A DNA stretch of 64,000 nt from Leptolyngbyaceae cyanobacterium. Its GTDB lineage: Bacteria; Cyanobacteriota; Cyanobacteriia; Phormidesmidales; Phormidesmidaceae. Position 1 is the first letter of the stretch. Each line of letters opens with the position of its first letter. The position numbers and the translations under genes were made by a program. Under the pieces are notes generated by a model. It did no database searches and had not been told where the DNA came from. It saw only the letters and a list, made by a program, of their open reading frames with translations. Of the stretch, positions 9,203-17,687 are shown piece by piece. The stretch lies in contig JBHJHA010000036.1 of the NCBI GenBank assembly GCA_050331235.1, positions 49,621 to 113,620 on the forward strand, in the 5' to 3' direction.

Positions 9203-10011
9203 TGTTGCAGCGACTCTGGGGTCGAGCGATCGCCCTGATGGTATTGCCGCTATTGCTATTGGGCAATGGGGGCCTGCCAGCCCAGGCTAACCCTGTTGAT
9301 CGCGCTCAAGTTGAGACCGTTACTCAGCTTTGGCAAACCAGTGCCCATGCCCTGAATGAAATTAACTGCTCCAGTTGTCATGAATCATCCGCGACTCAGG
9401 AATTTGTGGCCCGCCCGGGCGTCGAAAGTTGTCAATCCTGTCATCAGCAAGACGTCGATACCTTCTTACTCGGTAAGCACGGCATTCGGCTGCTGGAGGG
9501 TGATACGCCCCTCACGCCCGCGATGGCTCGTCTGCCGATGCAGCCCGACGTGATGAACCAGCCCATGACCTGCAATAGCTGTCACGACGTTCACTCGGTC
9601 AATACCATGCAGGCGGCGGTCGATTCTTGCTTGGGGTGCCACAGCGACTCGCACTCGTTGAACTACGGTGATTCCCGCCATGCGGACCTGTTTGCCGCTG
9701 ATCGCGACTTGCCGCGCCCCTCGGCGACCTCGGTGAGCTGTGCTACCTGCCACCTGCCGCGTCATCAGACTGGGACGGGCGATAGCGCAGTTACGCTGAT
9801 CAATCACAACAATACCTACACGCTGCTCCCCCGCGATCGCATGGTCAAGGACGTGTGCATGAATTGCCACGGTATGGAGTACAGCTACAACAGCATTTTT
9901 GACGATGACCTCGTGGAGGCAAATTTTAACGCCCCACCGACCCTTGCCCTAAAAACTTTTGACCTTGTCCGGGCGTTTGAAGAGCGTCGCACTGATCAGG
10001 GTGAGAGTTAG
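9199..10011 (+). CDS. Exported hexahaem cytochrome c
   Basis: Signal peptide ending AQA; CSSCH, CQSCH, CNSCH, CLGCH, CATCH and CMNCH; ATGA overlap with the upstream gene. Confidence 0.9.
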   Translation: MMLQRLWGRAIALMVLPLLLLGNGGLPAQANPVDRAQVETVTQLWQTSAHALNEINCSSCHESSATQEFVARPGVESCQSCHQQDVDTFLLGKHGIRLLEGDTPLTPAMARLPMQPDVMNQPMTCNSCHDVHSVNTMQAAVDSCLGCHSDSHSLNYGDSRHADLFAADRDLPRPSATSVSCATCHLPRHQTGTGDSAVTLINHNNTYTLLPRDRMVKDVCMNCHGMEYSYNSIFDDDLVEANFNAPPTLALKTFDLVRAFEERRTDQGES

Positions 10012-10135
10012 GGCGATCGTCAAATTCAACGTTCGCATCGACGAACAATTGCGCACATCGCGATCGCATCACCTTCGCACAATTTCACGTTTCACGTTTG
10101 GCAGTTTCTGATTCTAAACAGAGGAGAAAAAGGAT

Positions 10136-10789
10136 ATGACACTTGTAGGAAGATGTATGAATACCCTGCGAACTCGCACGGTCGCTTTCATCGCGATCAT
10201 CATGGCGGTTGCCGTTACTGCGATCTCTTGTAGCAGCAGCGGCACAACTGCAACCGCCGCCCCCGGCATCTCGCCCGAGTTGGTGGCTGATTACATTCAC
10301 ACGGTTATGGAGGCTGACCGCACTGCCTATACCAAGCACGTGGTCAACCGCGCCACCATGCTAGAAGGCAAAGAAAAGGCCGACGGCGTAGTTCCGGTTG
10401 AAGCAACTGAGGCTTGGCAGCAAGGTGAGGGCATTCCCCTGCCCGCCCAAATGTTCCGTCTGGGCTCTGAGATTGCCAACGAAAAAGGTTATTTCACTTA
10501 CAACCTCATCTCACCTTGGTATATCAATGACAGCCACGCCCCTAAAGGCGAGTTTGAGGAAACCGCGGTCGAAACCATGATCGAAACTGGTGAACCCGTC
10601 AAAGACTATCAAGAAATTGGCGGGCAGCAGTACTTCTCGGCGATGTACCCCGACAAGGCGGTGGCTGAGGCTTGTGTATCTTGCCACAACACCCATCCCA
10701 TTCACCTGGAGCGCTATCCCGATAAGCAGTTCGAGATGGACGAGGTGATGGGCGGCATCGTCATCAACATTCCCCTAGAGGGAGCCTAA
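10136..10789 (+). CDS. DUF3365/Tll0287-like monohaem c lipoprotein
   Basis: Lipobox-like TAISC; ADRTAYT..VVNR, PLPAQMFR, YNLISPW.IN and a single CVSCH followed by MGGIVI.IP. Confidence 0.8.
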   Translation: MTLVGRCMNTLRTRTVAFIAIIMAVAVTAISCSSSGTTATAAPGISPELVADYIHTVMEADRTAYTKHVVNRATMLEGKEKADGVVPVEATEAWQQGEGIPLPAQMFRLGSEIANEKGYFTYNLISPWYINDSHAPKGEFEETAVETMIETGEPVKDYQEIGGQQYFSAMYPDKAVAEACVSCHNTHPIHLERYPDKQFEMDEVMGGIVINIPLEGA

Positions 10790-11027
10790 CGCTAGTTCCA
10801 GACGACTAGCACTTCACATCTCCTAGTGAAACCACCGGAGAGGTTAATGGCCCGCGCCGTTGGCCTCTCCGGGGCCACGATACCTACATTGAGCCTCCGC
10901 ACTAGGTTTCTTTCGTCTGTTGGCAACGGTGACAGCGCCGTGATGGAGGCACCTGGAGTCGCTTAATGTGCCTTCAGGTGCTCCCTTAAACATATTTTTA
11001 TTAGGACACTTACAGCCGGTTTGAGCC

Positions 11028-11756
11028 ATGAGTAGATCGCCTCGACCTCAGCATGTAGATCCCCCGTCTAATCAGCACTCCATCGAGTCACATGAGCCGC
11101 GGGTGGCCGATGCGGTGGCGGCGATCGCCCCCCAAAGGCAAAGGGCCTTTAAGCCGCGGGGTATCAAACCCAGCTTTAAGGTCCTGATCGGCCTGACATT
11201 GCTGACAGCGCTGCTGCTGACCCCATTTGTCGTGAGTGATCTATATCTCGATGCGCTTAGGGCGCGATCGTTTGATTTGCATCAGTTTATCCGGGGGGAA
11301 CTGTACAAGCAGTCGACCGGCTACGGAGCTTTGGTCTTGGTGTTAGTTGAGATGCTACTGACGGTGCGCAAGCGCGGTGGTGGCTGGCTGGCTCGGATCA
11401 AACTGCCAGGCTCAATGTTGATATGGCGGAGTACCCACATTTTTCTGGGCGTAGGGTTGCTGGGATTAGTGCTGGTGCATACTTTGGGCGCTAACGGCCT
11501 GAACTTTAACGCCATCTTTCTCTGGGTATTTTTTGCGACGACTTTGACGGCGTTGGTCGGCGTGGTCGCTGAAACTGGCATTTTGGAATCCACCCAGAGC
11601 TACTTTGGCAAACTGCCGGGGTCAAACGTGGCTTTAACGAAAGGGCCACTCATTCGCGGGTTGAGAGCCATTTGGCTGACTAGCCATATCTTTTTTGTGG
11701 CTGTCTTTGGTGTGATGCTGATTTTTCACATTGCGCTGGCTTACTACTATCAGTGA
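11028..11756 (+). CDS. Integral membrane protein, predicted di-haem b (ferric-reductase-like TM domain)
   Basis: About 5 hydrophobic helices; two helices each carry His pairs 14 residues apart (HIFLGVGLLGLVLVH and HIFFVAVFGVMLIFH). Confidence 0.7.
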   Translation: MSRSPRPQHVDPPSNQHSIESHEPRVADAVAAIAPQRQRAFKPRGIKPSFKVLIGLTLLTALLLTPFVVSDLYLDALRARSFDLHQFIRGELYKQSTGYGALVLVLVEMLLTVRKRGGGWLARIKLPGSMLIWRSTHIFLGVGLLGLVLVHTLGANGLNFNAIFLWVFFATTLTALVGVVAETGILESTQSYFGKLPGSNVALTKGPLIRGLRAIWLTSHIFFVAVFGVMLIFHIALAYYYQ

Positions 11757-11844
11757 AGACGCTGACTTATTTAGCACGCTGGTTGGGTAAACGGGTGGAG
11801 TCTTGGGTGTCGCATTTTGTGTTGGTGTATTACGGATAGAGGCT

Positions 11845-12375
11845 ATGACGGATCAAATTCGTTTGTTGGAAACCAGTTTTGCCCAGGTCCGACCTAAGGC
11901 GATGGCCTTCTCAGATTGTTTTCACCGCCATTTATTTCAAAACCATCCAGACATCGAGCCCATGTTCAGCGACGTGAGCCTCGAATTGCAAGAAAAAAAG
12001 CTGATCGCTTCCCTTGCGCTCATTGTTGAAAATTTGCATAACCCGGCGGCTTTAGCCCATGCACTTCAAGCCTTGGGGGCCTATCACGTGACCAAGGGAA
12101 CCCTGGCAGAGCATTACCCCTATGTGGGGCAGGCCCTGATGCAGGCCTTTGCCGAATTTTTGGGGGATGAATGGACGCCTGCTGTCGCTGAGGCGTGGCA
12201 GGCGGCCTATCGCACGATTTGCGATTTGATGCTGGAGGGGGCGGAGCATCCCCAAGCGTATCTAGAGGGTGAGCTGACCTTTTATGAATGGCTAGATCTA
12301 TATGGCGAGTCTAGTCCGACGTTACACAAGCTTGTGGAGTCGACCACCCACTTTAAATATGGCGCTAAAGGGTAG
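11845..12375 (+). CDS. Single-domain globin with a C-terminal extension
   Basis: LLETSF...LF..HP....MF, Q at E7, LGAYH, EHYP.VG and W..AY; ATG at 11845. Confidence 0.85.
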   Translation: MTDQIRLLETSFAQVRPKAMAFSDCFHRHLFQNHPDIEPMFSDVSLELQEKKLIASLALIVENLHNPAALAHALQALGAYHVTKGTLAEHYPYVGQALMQAFAEFLGDEWTPAVAEAWQAAYRTICDLMLEGAEHPQAYLEGELTFYEWLDLYGESSPTLHKLVESTTHFKYGAKG

Positions 12376-12407
12376 CGGCGTTGATGCAGACCTTTTGACC
12401 AAGCGAT

Positions 12408-12908
12408 TTGATATTGATGGAGTCGGTAGTGATGACGGTGAATCGAGGTTCTGACAACCCAGCGATGAATCGGGGCAGCCGGTGGGCGATCGTGATAATT
12501 GCCACCTTTGCGATCGCCGCATTTTGGCTAACTCGTCCGGTAGCGGATGCCCATTTTTCTCCGGTATCTGGCCTAATGTCGTTGAAAGCCAGTGCTCAAC
12601 AGGCGATGCCCTATCAGGTCGCAATGCACAATGGCAAGCCGACGCTGATTGAGTTTTACGCTGACTGGTGTACCACCTGCCAGGGGATGGCCCCTACCTT
12701 GGCGTCTATCCACGAGCAATTGGGAGGGTCTGTCAACTGGGTAATGCTGGATATTGATGATCCCCAGTGGCGCGACCAGATACAGCAGTTTCACGTTACC
12801 GGTGTGCCCCATCTGGTTCTGCAAACGGGGCAGGGGGCGATCGCTGACAGTTTTGTGGGTAAGGTACCCGGGCCCATTCTCTTACGGAGTATTGAGCAAA
12901 TGTTCTAG
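12408..12908 (+). CDS. Membrane-anchored thioredoxin-like protein (TxlA/HCF164/ResA-like)
   Basis: N-terminal TM segment, EFYADWCTTC and GVPH; the true start may be slightly downstream. Confidence 0.85.
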   Translation: MILMESVVMTVNRGSDNPAMNRGSRWAIVIIATFAIAAFWLTRPVADAHFSPVSGLMSLKASAQQAMPYQVAMHNGKPTLIEFYADWCTTCQGMAPTLASIHEQLGGSVNWVMLDIDDPQWRDQIQQFHVTGVPHLVLQTGQGAIADSFVGKVPGPILLRSIEQMF

Positions 12909-12967
12909 GCCTTCTCAAGTTCTACTGCTGTAGTGGAGAAGCGCACGGTTAACTCAGAGGTGAAATC

Positions 12968-13180
12968 ATGTCAAAGCCATCCGCCTGTTTCTCGTCCCCG
13001 GCATGTGAATGGGTCAATTCGCAGACCCAGCGCGGGGTGAGTGATTACGTGTCAGGGTTGCATCGCCATATGGTCCAGACATCGGTAACTGCACAGGTGC
13101 GCAGCAATCTGCAGCTGGCGAGCCTAGAGACTCAGTATTCTCGCTATCTCTCAACGGCGTCTTTGACCCGAAAGGTGTGA
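12968..13180 (+). CDS. Small hypothetical protein
   Basis: 70-aa ORF with GAGGTG upstream of the ATG; its stop overlaps the next ORF. Confidence 0.35.
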   Translation: MSKPSACFSSPACEWVNSQTQRGVSDYVSGLHRHMVQTSVTAQVRSNLQLASLETQYSRYLSTASLTRKV

Positions 13181-13404
13181 CCCAAATGGCAATTTTAAAT
13201 CGGTTGCTGCTTTTACTGAAGTTTTTGGAAACCCTGGTTGAGTTCGGCGATTTTTTAACCACTCCGGTGGGAATTGCTGGAATCTTCTGCCTGATCAGCT
13301 ATCCGGCGTTTACGTTAATGGGGTGCGACCCCACGGCGGCCGCCATTTTGGCGAGTACGGCAGCACTCACTGTACACTGCACCGTAAATCATCCAAGCGA
13401 TTAG
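13177..13404 (+). CDS. Small hypothetical membrane protein
   Basis: 75-aa hydrophobic ORF ending 10 nt before the ChaN gene. Confidence 0.4.
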   Translation: MTQMAILNRLLLLLKFLETLVEFGDFLTTPVGIAGIFCLISYPAFTLMGCDPTAAAILASTAALTVHCTVNHPSD

Positions 13405-13414
13405 GGACTGCTCA

Positions 13415-14296
13415 ATGTCAATCCGATTTCAACTTTGGGGTTGGGGCTGGGCCCTCGCGGGCACGTTGCTAATCACCGCACCCGCCTGTTCTGGCGATGA
13501 GGCGATCGCCCCGCAGTCAACGCCGATGGTCCTCTCTAGTACTGAGGATGACGCCTTTCAAGCCTTACAGTCAGCCGATGTAGTTTACTTAGGAGAACGG
13601 CACGATAGCCCCCTTGACCACGCAGCTCAACTAGAGATCATTAAGGCCCTTTATGCCGCCGATCCAGAGATTGCGATCGCCCTAGAGATGTTTCAGCGGC
13701 CCTTTCAACCGGTGATTGATCGGTATCTAGCGGGAGATATTTCCGAGGCAGCCCTAGTCAAGCAGACTGAATACCAAGAACGTTGGGGCTTTCCCTGGGA
13801 GTTTTACGCGCCGGTCGTGCGGTTTGCCCAGGCCCAAGACCTGCCTGTGCTCGCACTGAATGCCCCCGCGGAAATCACCCGACAAATTGCCCGCGAAGGG
13901 CTTACTAGCTTATCCGGCAATGACTTTCGCTATATTCCACCGGTTGAGGCGATCGACACCACTAACCCAGACTACCGCGACTTTGTCACCGCTGCGTTTG
14001 GTGCTCACGGGGCCCACGGAGATTTTAATTTCGACAACTTTTTTGCGGCGCAGGTGACCTGGGACGAAACGATGGCCATGACCATTGCTGAGTTTAAGGC
14101 CGATAATCCCGATACTCAGGTCGTCGTATTGGCGGGTAATGGACACGTGATCTACGGCTGGGGCATTCCTGACCGGGTACAGCGCCGACTGGGCGAGGAG
14201 CTGATACAGCAAATTGTGGTGCTGAATCCGAGTCCTGAGGTGGAGCAGGCAAAGGGGGCGATCGCCGATCTCTTTTGGTACAGCGAAGGGCCATAG
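13415..14296 (+). CDS. ChaN-family (Tiki/ChaN, haem/iron-related) lipoprotein
   Basis: Lipobox APAC; VVYLGERHD, ALEMFQRPFQ, WDETMA and AGNGHV.YG.GIP motifs. Confidence 0.85.
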   Translation: MSIRFQLWGWGWALAGTLLITAPACSGDEAIAPQSTPMVLSSTEDDAFQALQSADVVYLGERHDSPLDHAAQLEIIKALYAADPEIAIALEMFQRPFQPVIDRYLAGDISEAALVKQTEYQERWGFPWEFYAPVVRFAQAQDLPVLALNAPAEITRQIAREGLTSLSGNDFRYIPPVEAIDTTNPDYRDFVTAAFGAHGAHGDFNFDNFFAAQVTWDETMAMTIAEFKADNPDTQVVVLAGNGHVIYGWGIPDRVQRRLGEELIQQIVVLNPSPEVEQAKGAIADLFWYSEGP

Positions 14297-14330
14297 GCTT
14301 CGCAACGCCCAGATTGACAACCTGGTGTTG

Positions 14331-15254
14331 CTAGGCCAAATTCAGCGCCCCTTGGCGGCGTAACGCCTGCTTTTGTTCGGGTGATAATCCAGAGGCACCA
14401 GTGAACAATGCTCCCCGCACCTTGGCCTGAGCAAACTGTGTGCCGTCGAGTTGGGCGTTTTCTAAATTGGCCTCCCGGAGATCAGCACCCCTTAGGTTGG
14501 CCCGACTTAAGTTGGCTGATGCGAAATAAGCGCCATAGAGCGATGCTCCTCGCAGATCTGCCTCCATTAATATTGCATTCCAAAGATTGCTACAGTCGAG
14601 CTGGGTCATTTGCAGAATCGCTCCGGTGAGATCGCTTTCCGACAGATCGCAGTTCAGCATGTCGGCTTCGGATAAGTTGGCCCCCATGAGCAGGGCACTG
14701 GAAAGCCGCGATTGAGTCAAGGTGGCGCCCGCTAAAGAGACGCCCACCAGCGTAGCTTGATGCCACGACGATTGGGAGAGGTTGGCGGTGGCAAAGCTCG
14801 ATTGACTAAAATTGGCTGCATCGCTTTGGGCCCCCACGAGGCTAGCCTGGTCAAACCGCGATCGAGGAGCCTCAATAGCGCGCAGATCAGCCTGATCAAA
14901 GCAGGACTGGCGCGCATTGACTTGTTCCATTTGACTGCCGTACATCATGACACCGGCAGCGATCGCCTGTTGCAAGTTGGCCCGGTGCAACTGAGCCTGA
15001 GTTAAGTTGGCTTGCCGTAAGCAAGCGGCTTCTAACCGACACTCAGACAAATCAGCGAGGATCAGCGTCGCCTGAGAAAAGTCAGCAGCCCAACAGGAAG
15101 CACGATGTAGCTTAGCTCGGCGCAAGTAAGCCCCTGAAAAGTTGCCCTCATTCAAACAATTTTGACTGAGATCCAAATTGCTTAATTCAGCCCTCGCAAG
15201 GGATTGCCCTGCCTGTAGTTTGGCGAGCACCTGTGAGATGGCTAACTGTGCCAT
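14331..15254 (-). CDS. Pentapeptide repeat protein
   Basis: Continuous A(D/N)LXX repeats; likely start MAQL at 15254 after GGAGG. Confidence 0.9.
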   Translation of the reverse strand: MAQLAISQVLAKLQAGQSLARAELSNLDLSQNCLNEGNFSGAYLRRAKLHRASCWAADFSQATLILADLSECRLEAACLRQANLTQAQLHRANLQQAIAAGVMMYGSQMEQVNARQSCFDQADLRAIEAPRSRFDQASLVGAQSDAANFSQSSFATANLSQSSWHQATLVGVSLAGATLTQSRLSSALLMGANLSEADMLNCDLSESDLTGAILQMTQLDCSNLWNAILMEADLRGASLYGAYFASANLSRANLRGADLREANLENAQLDGTQFAQAKVRGALFTGASGLSPEQKQALRRQGALNLA

Positions 15255-15534
15255 GGCAACCTCCTCTAAACACTTCAATATCATAAAAGGTTCCCGTATC
15301 AGGGGCTACAAAATAAATGCTGGTTTTATGGAGTAGCGATTTCAGTAATTTTGCTGGCAGCTTGGCAGCCTCAAAACTTTGTGATTGCGCTGTCAAACGC
15401 TTTGACTGCAAGCGGTTGAGCGCTTGGGGGGCAGTATTTCTGGCCGCTACAGTGTTCCGTGACGCAGCTAGAGCGTATGTGATTCCTACAGAAGAAGACT
15501 GAACCGATATGCCGCAGATTGACCGCCTAAGTGG

Positions 15535-16578
15535 CTATGAGTGCCGATGACACCATGCCAAGATGCGATTCCAGGCCCACCAGCAGTCCGGATCGCCGGC
15601 CTCAGCCTGTCCTGCGGCGCTGCTGACATAGCCGACATGCCCACCCGATGAGGTCAGATACAAGTCAATGTGCGGGTTATAGGCACAGGCCGTTTTGAGA
15701 TCAGAGACCAAGGTGGGGGCAAATAGCGGATCATCTGCTGCATACAGGATTAAAGTTGGCTTATGGAGCCGGGGCAAGAGTGGCAGCGGGCTGCTGGCAG
15801 CGTAGTAGTCAGCGACCGTATCAAACCCTAATCGGCTAATCACAAGCTCTTCGTCAAACTGCCAAATACTGTTGGCGCGTTCGATCGCTGCAGGCTCAAA
15901 CTTGCCTGGGTGCTGTTGGTGCAACTGCCAAGCAAGTTGCTGTAGCTTTTGCGCGATTCCCTGCTCAATGAAACGACCCACCGGATGTGCGGTCAAATAG
16001 CGCAGTGATCGCTCAGAGTCGAGGCTAGGGCAAATGACAGCTCCCCCTCCAATCTCATCGCTGGATAAATTGGCTATGTCGAGGGACTGAGCCGCTTTGA
16101 TGCCCCAAAGCGCGAGTTGTCCTCCCAAAGAGTAGCCAGTGAACCAAAACGGTGGAGGGCAGCCGAGGGCCTTGGCTTGGGCGGCAATATACACAAAATC
16201 GTCGCCCTCGTAGAGGCCGTCGGATGTGAGGGTTGGTGACAGCTCTGCGGTTTTGCCATGGGCCCGCCAGTCGACCAGCACAACTGCATACTGGGCCGCG
16301 ATCGCTTTACGGCCTAGCAGCTTGAGATACCACTGGTTGTCTAAGCTGCCAGTAATGCCATAGGTACCAATGAGGGTGCCTCGAGGCTGTGAGGGAACCG
16401 CCCACTCTCCATAAATCGGAACATGTTGCGCGCCCGAAAAGACATGTCCCTGGTAAATCGGCTCGGTCAGTTGCGTTGTGGACTCCCACGTTTGGCTAGC
16501 AACCTGAGCAATGTAGGCTGTCATGGCTAGTCCAGAGGTGAGATACCAGGGCGGCGTAAATGTCGGAATGGATGCCAA
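15535..16578 (-). CDS. YheT-family alpha/beta hydrolase
   Basis: GYSLGG nucleophile elbow, DWRAHG, DDP and GGHVGY. Confidence 0.85.
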   Translation of the reverse strand: MASIPTFTPPWYLTSGLAMTAYIAQVASQTWESTTQLTEPIYQGHVFSGAQHVPIYGEWAVPSQPRGTLIGTYGITGSLDNQWYLKLLGRKAIAAQYAVVLVDWRAHGKTAELSPTLTSDGLYEGDDFVYIAAQAKALGCPPPFWFTGYSLGGQLALWGIKAAQSLDIANLSSDEIGGGAVICPSLDSERSLRYLTAHPVGRFIEQGIAQKLQQLAWQLHQQHPGKFEPAAIERANSIWQFDEELVISRLGFDTVADYYAASSPLPLLPRLHKPTLILYAADDPLFAPTLVSDLKTACAYNPHIDLYLTSSGGHVGYVSSAAGQAEAGDPDCWWAWNRILAWCHRHS

Positions 16579-16668
16579 AGGTCTGCGAGTAAAAGTTGTG
16601 GAGGAGCTAACTTCTTCAGATTAGGACAAATAGCTCTAAATCACAGCCAGCAACCATAGCATCGAGGT

Positions 16669-16923
16669 TTAGTCCCTCTCGCCACCCCGGCGGGGGTTGA
16701 GAGCATCGTAGCTGAGAGTTAGCTGGTACCAAAGTTTGCCGATCTCGTTGTAAGCTGCCTCCGGGGCAATCTTGCCACCAGTCTCCAAGCCGCAAATCGT
16801 ATTCACCCTTGATGCAAACTCTTGCAAGTTAGCGTTAAACGCCAAATTCTGCGGCGAGAACTGTCCGTAATAGCGGCTGCGAGGCGATAAAAATTCGTTA
16901 TTGTGGGGATCGTGAGCCGTCAT
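16669..16923 (-). CDS. Conserved small cyanobacterial hypothetical protein
   Basis: FL.PRSRYYGQF.PQNL.FNANLQEFA.RV..IC.LETGGKI motif typical of a cyanobacterial family. Confidence 0.8.
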   Translation of the reverse strand: MTAHDPHNNEFLSPRSRYYGQFSPQNLAFNANLQEFASRVNTICGLETGGKIAPEAAYNEIGKLWYQLTLSYDALNPRRGGERD

Positions 16924-17069
16924 AGCGTTTTAGGTGGATGCAGTTGTCAATCAAGTGATCAAGCATGCGAGATGTCTATACATCTATTATTTTACGTTAA
17001 CTATCTCTTAATCGCTAATTTGCTGACAGTGATTCTCATCACTCTTCATGTTTACAGGAAATTAAGGTC

Positions 17070-17492
17070 ATGTCGCGATCGCTCAGTATCGTTCTGCTAA
17101 CTATTGTTCAGGCTGCGATGGGTTTGTTGTCTCTGACTTCCGGTATATTTTTGCTGCTGCTAGTCACCGGCACCGTGGAAGTGTTCAACCAAGACTTGCA
17201 AGGACTGTCTCTATCGCTCAAAGTCCTGATTGCGTTGGGGGTGGCTATCAGCCTATTTGGTCTAGTGGTAACCTACGGCTTTTGGCGACTACAGTCTTGG
17301 GGATGGACGGGCTCCATCCTGTTTCAAGTGCTGTGCATTGCCAACAACGGTTTGGCCAGTTTAGTCGGCCAGGAAATTTCCAGAAGTGCCCTATTTTCGG
17401 TCGCATTTAGTGCCACGCTGATTGCCGCCTTTTACTTGCCCAGTGTGCGTGATGTGTTTGAGCCATTGACTCGCTCAGCTTCTGACGGCTGA
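17070..17492 (+). CDS. Hypothetical 4-TM membrane protein
   Basis: Four hydrophobic helices, with G.W....WGW and P.VR..F motifs. Confidence 0.7.
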   Translation: MSRSLSIVLLTIVQAAMGLLSLTSGIFLLLLVTGTVEVFNQDLQGLSLSLKVLIALGVAISLFGLVVTYGFWRLQSWGWTGSILFQVLCIANNGLASLVGQEISRSALFSVAFSATLIAAFYLPSVRDVFEPLTRSASDG

Positions 17493-17687
17493 GAACTGGG
17501 GTTCCGCAGGGAGCCGCACGCTGTAGAGCAGCGCGTCGGCTGAGTTTCAACTGGCCAGCTGCTCTTGTTTTCTCTAGGCCCTGGCTTCCTGAAGTTTCTG
17601 GATTCGCCCCAGTGCTATGAGCGGCGACTGTGGTGGCAAGGAGGCGATCAAGCCTAAAAGCAGTCAGGCCAATTCAGTGAACCCACC

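Noticed and set aside
8558..10011. Calling the multihaem proteins NrfA/NrfH or HAO outright
   Set aside because: There is no CXXCK motif, the sizes are too small, and the catalytic haem position is missing; only a family-level resemblance is supportable.
14331..15254. 15-bp periodicity suggesting a DNA repeat array
   Set aside because: Explained by the pentapeptide-repeat protein; no CRISPR-like repeat-spacer structure was seen anywhere in the window.
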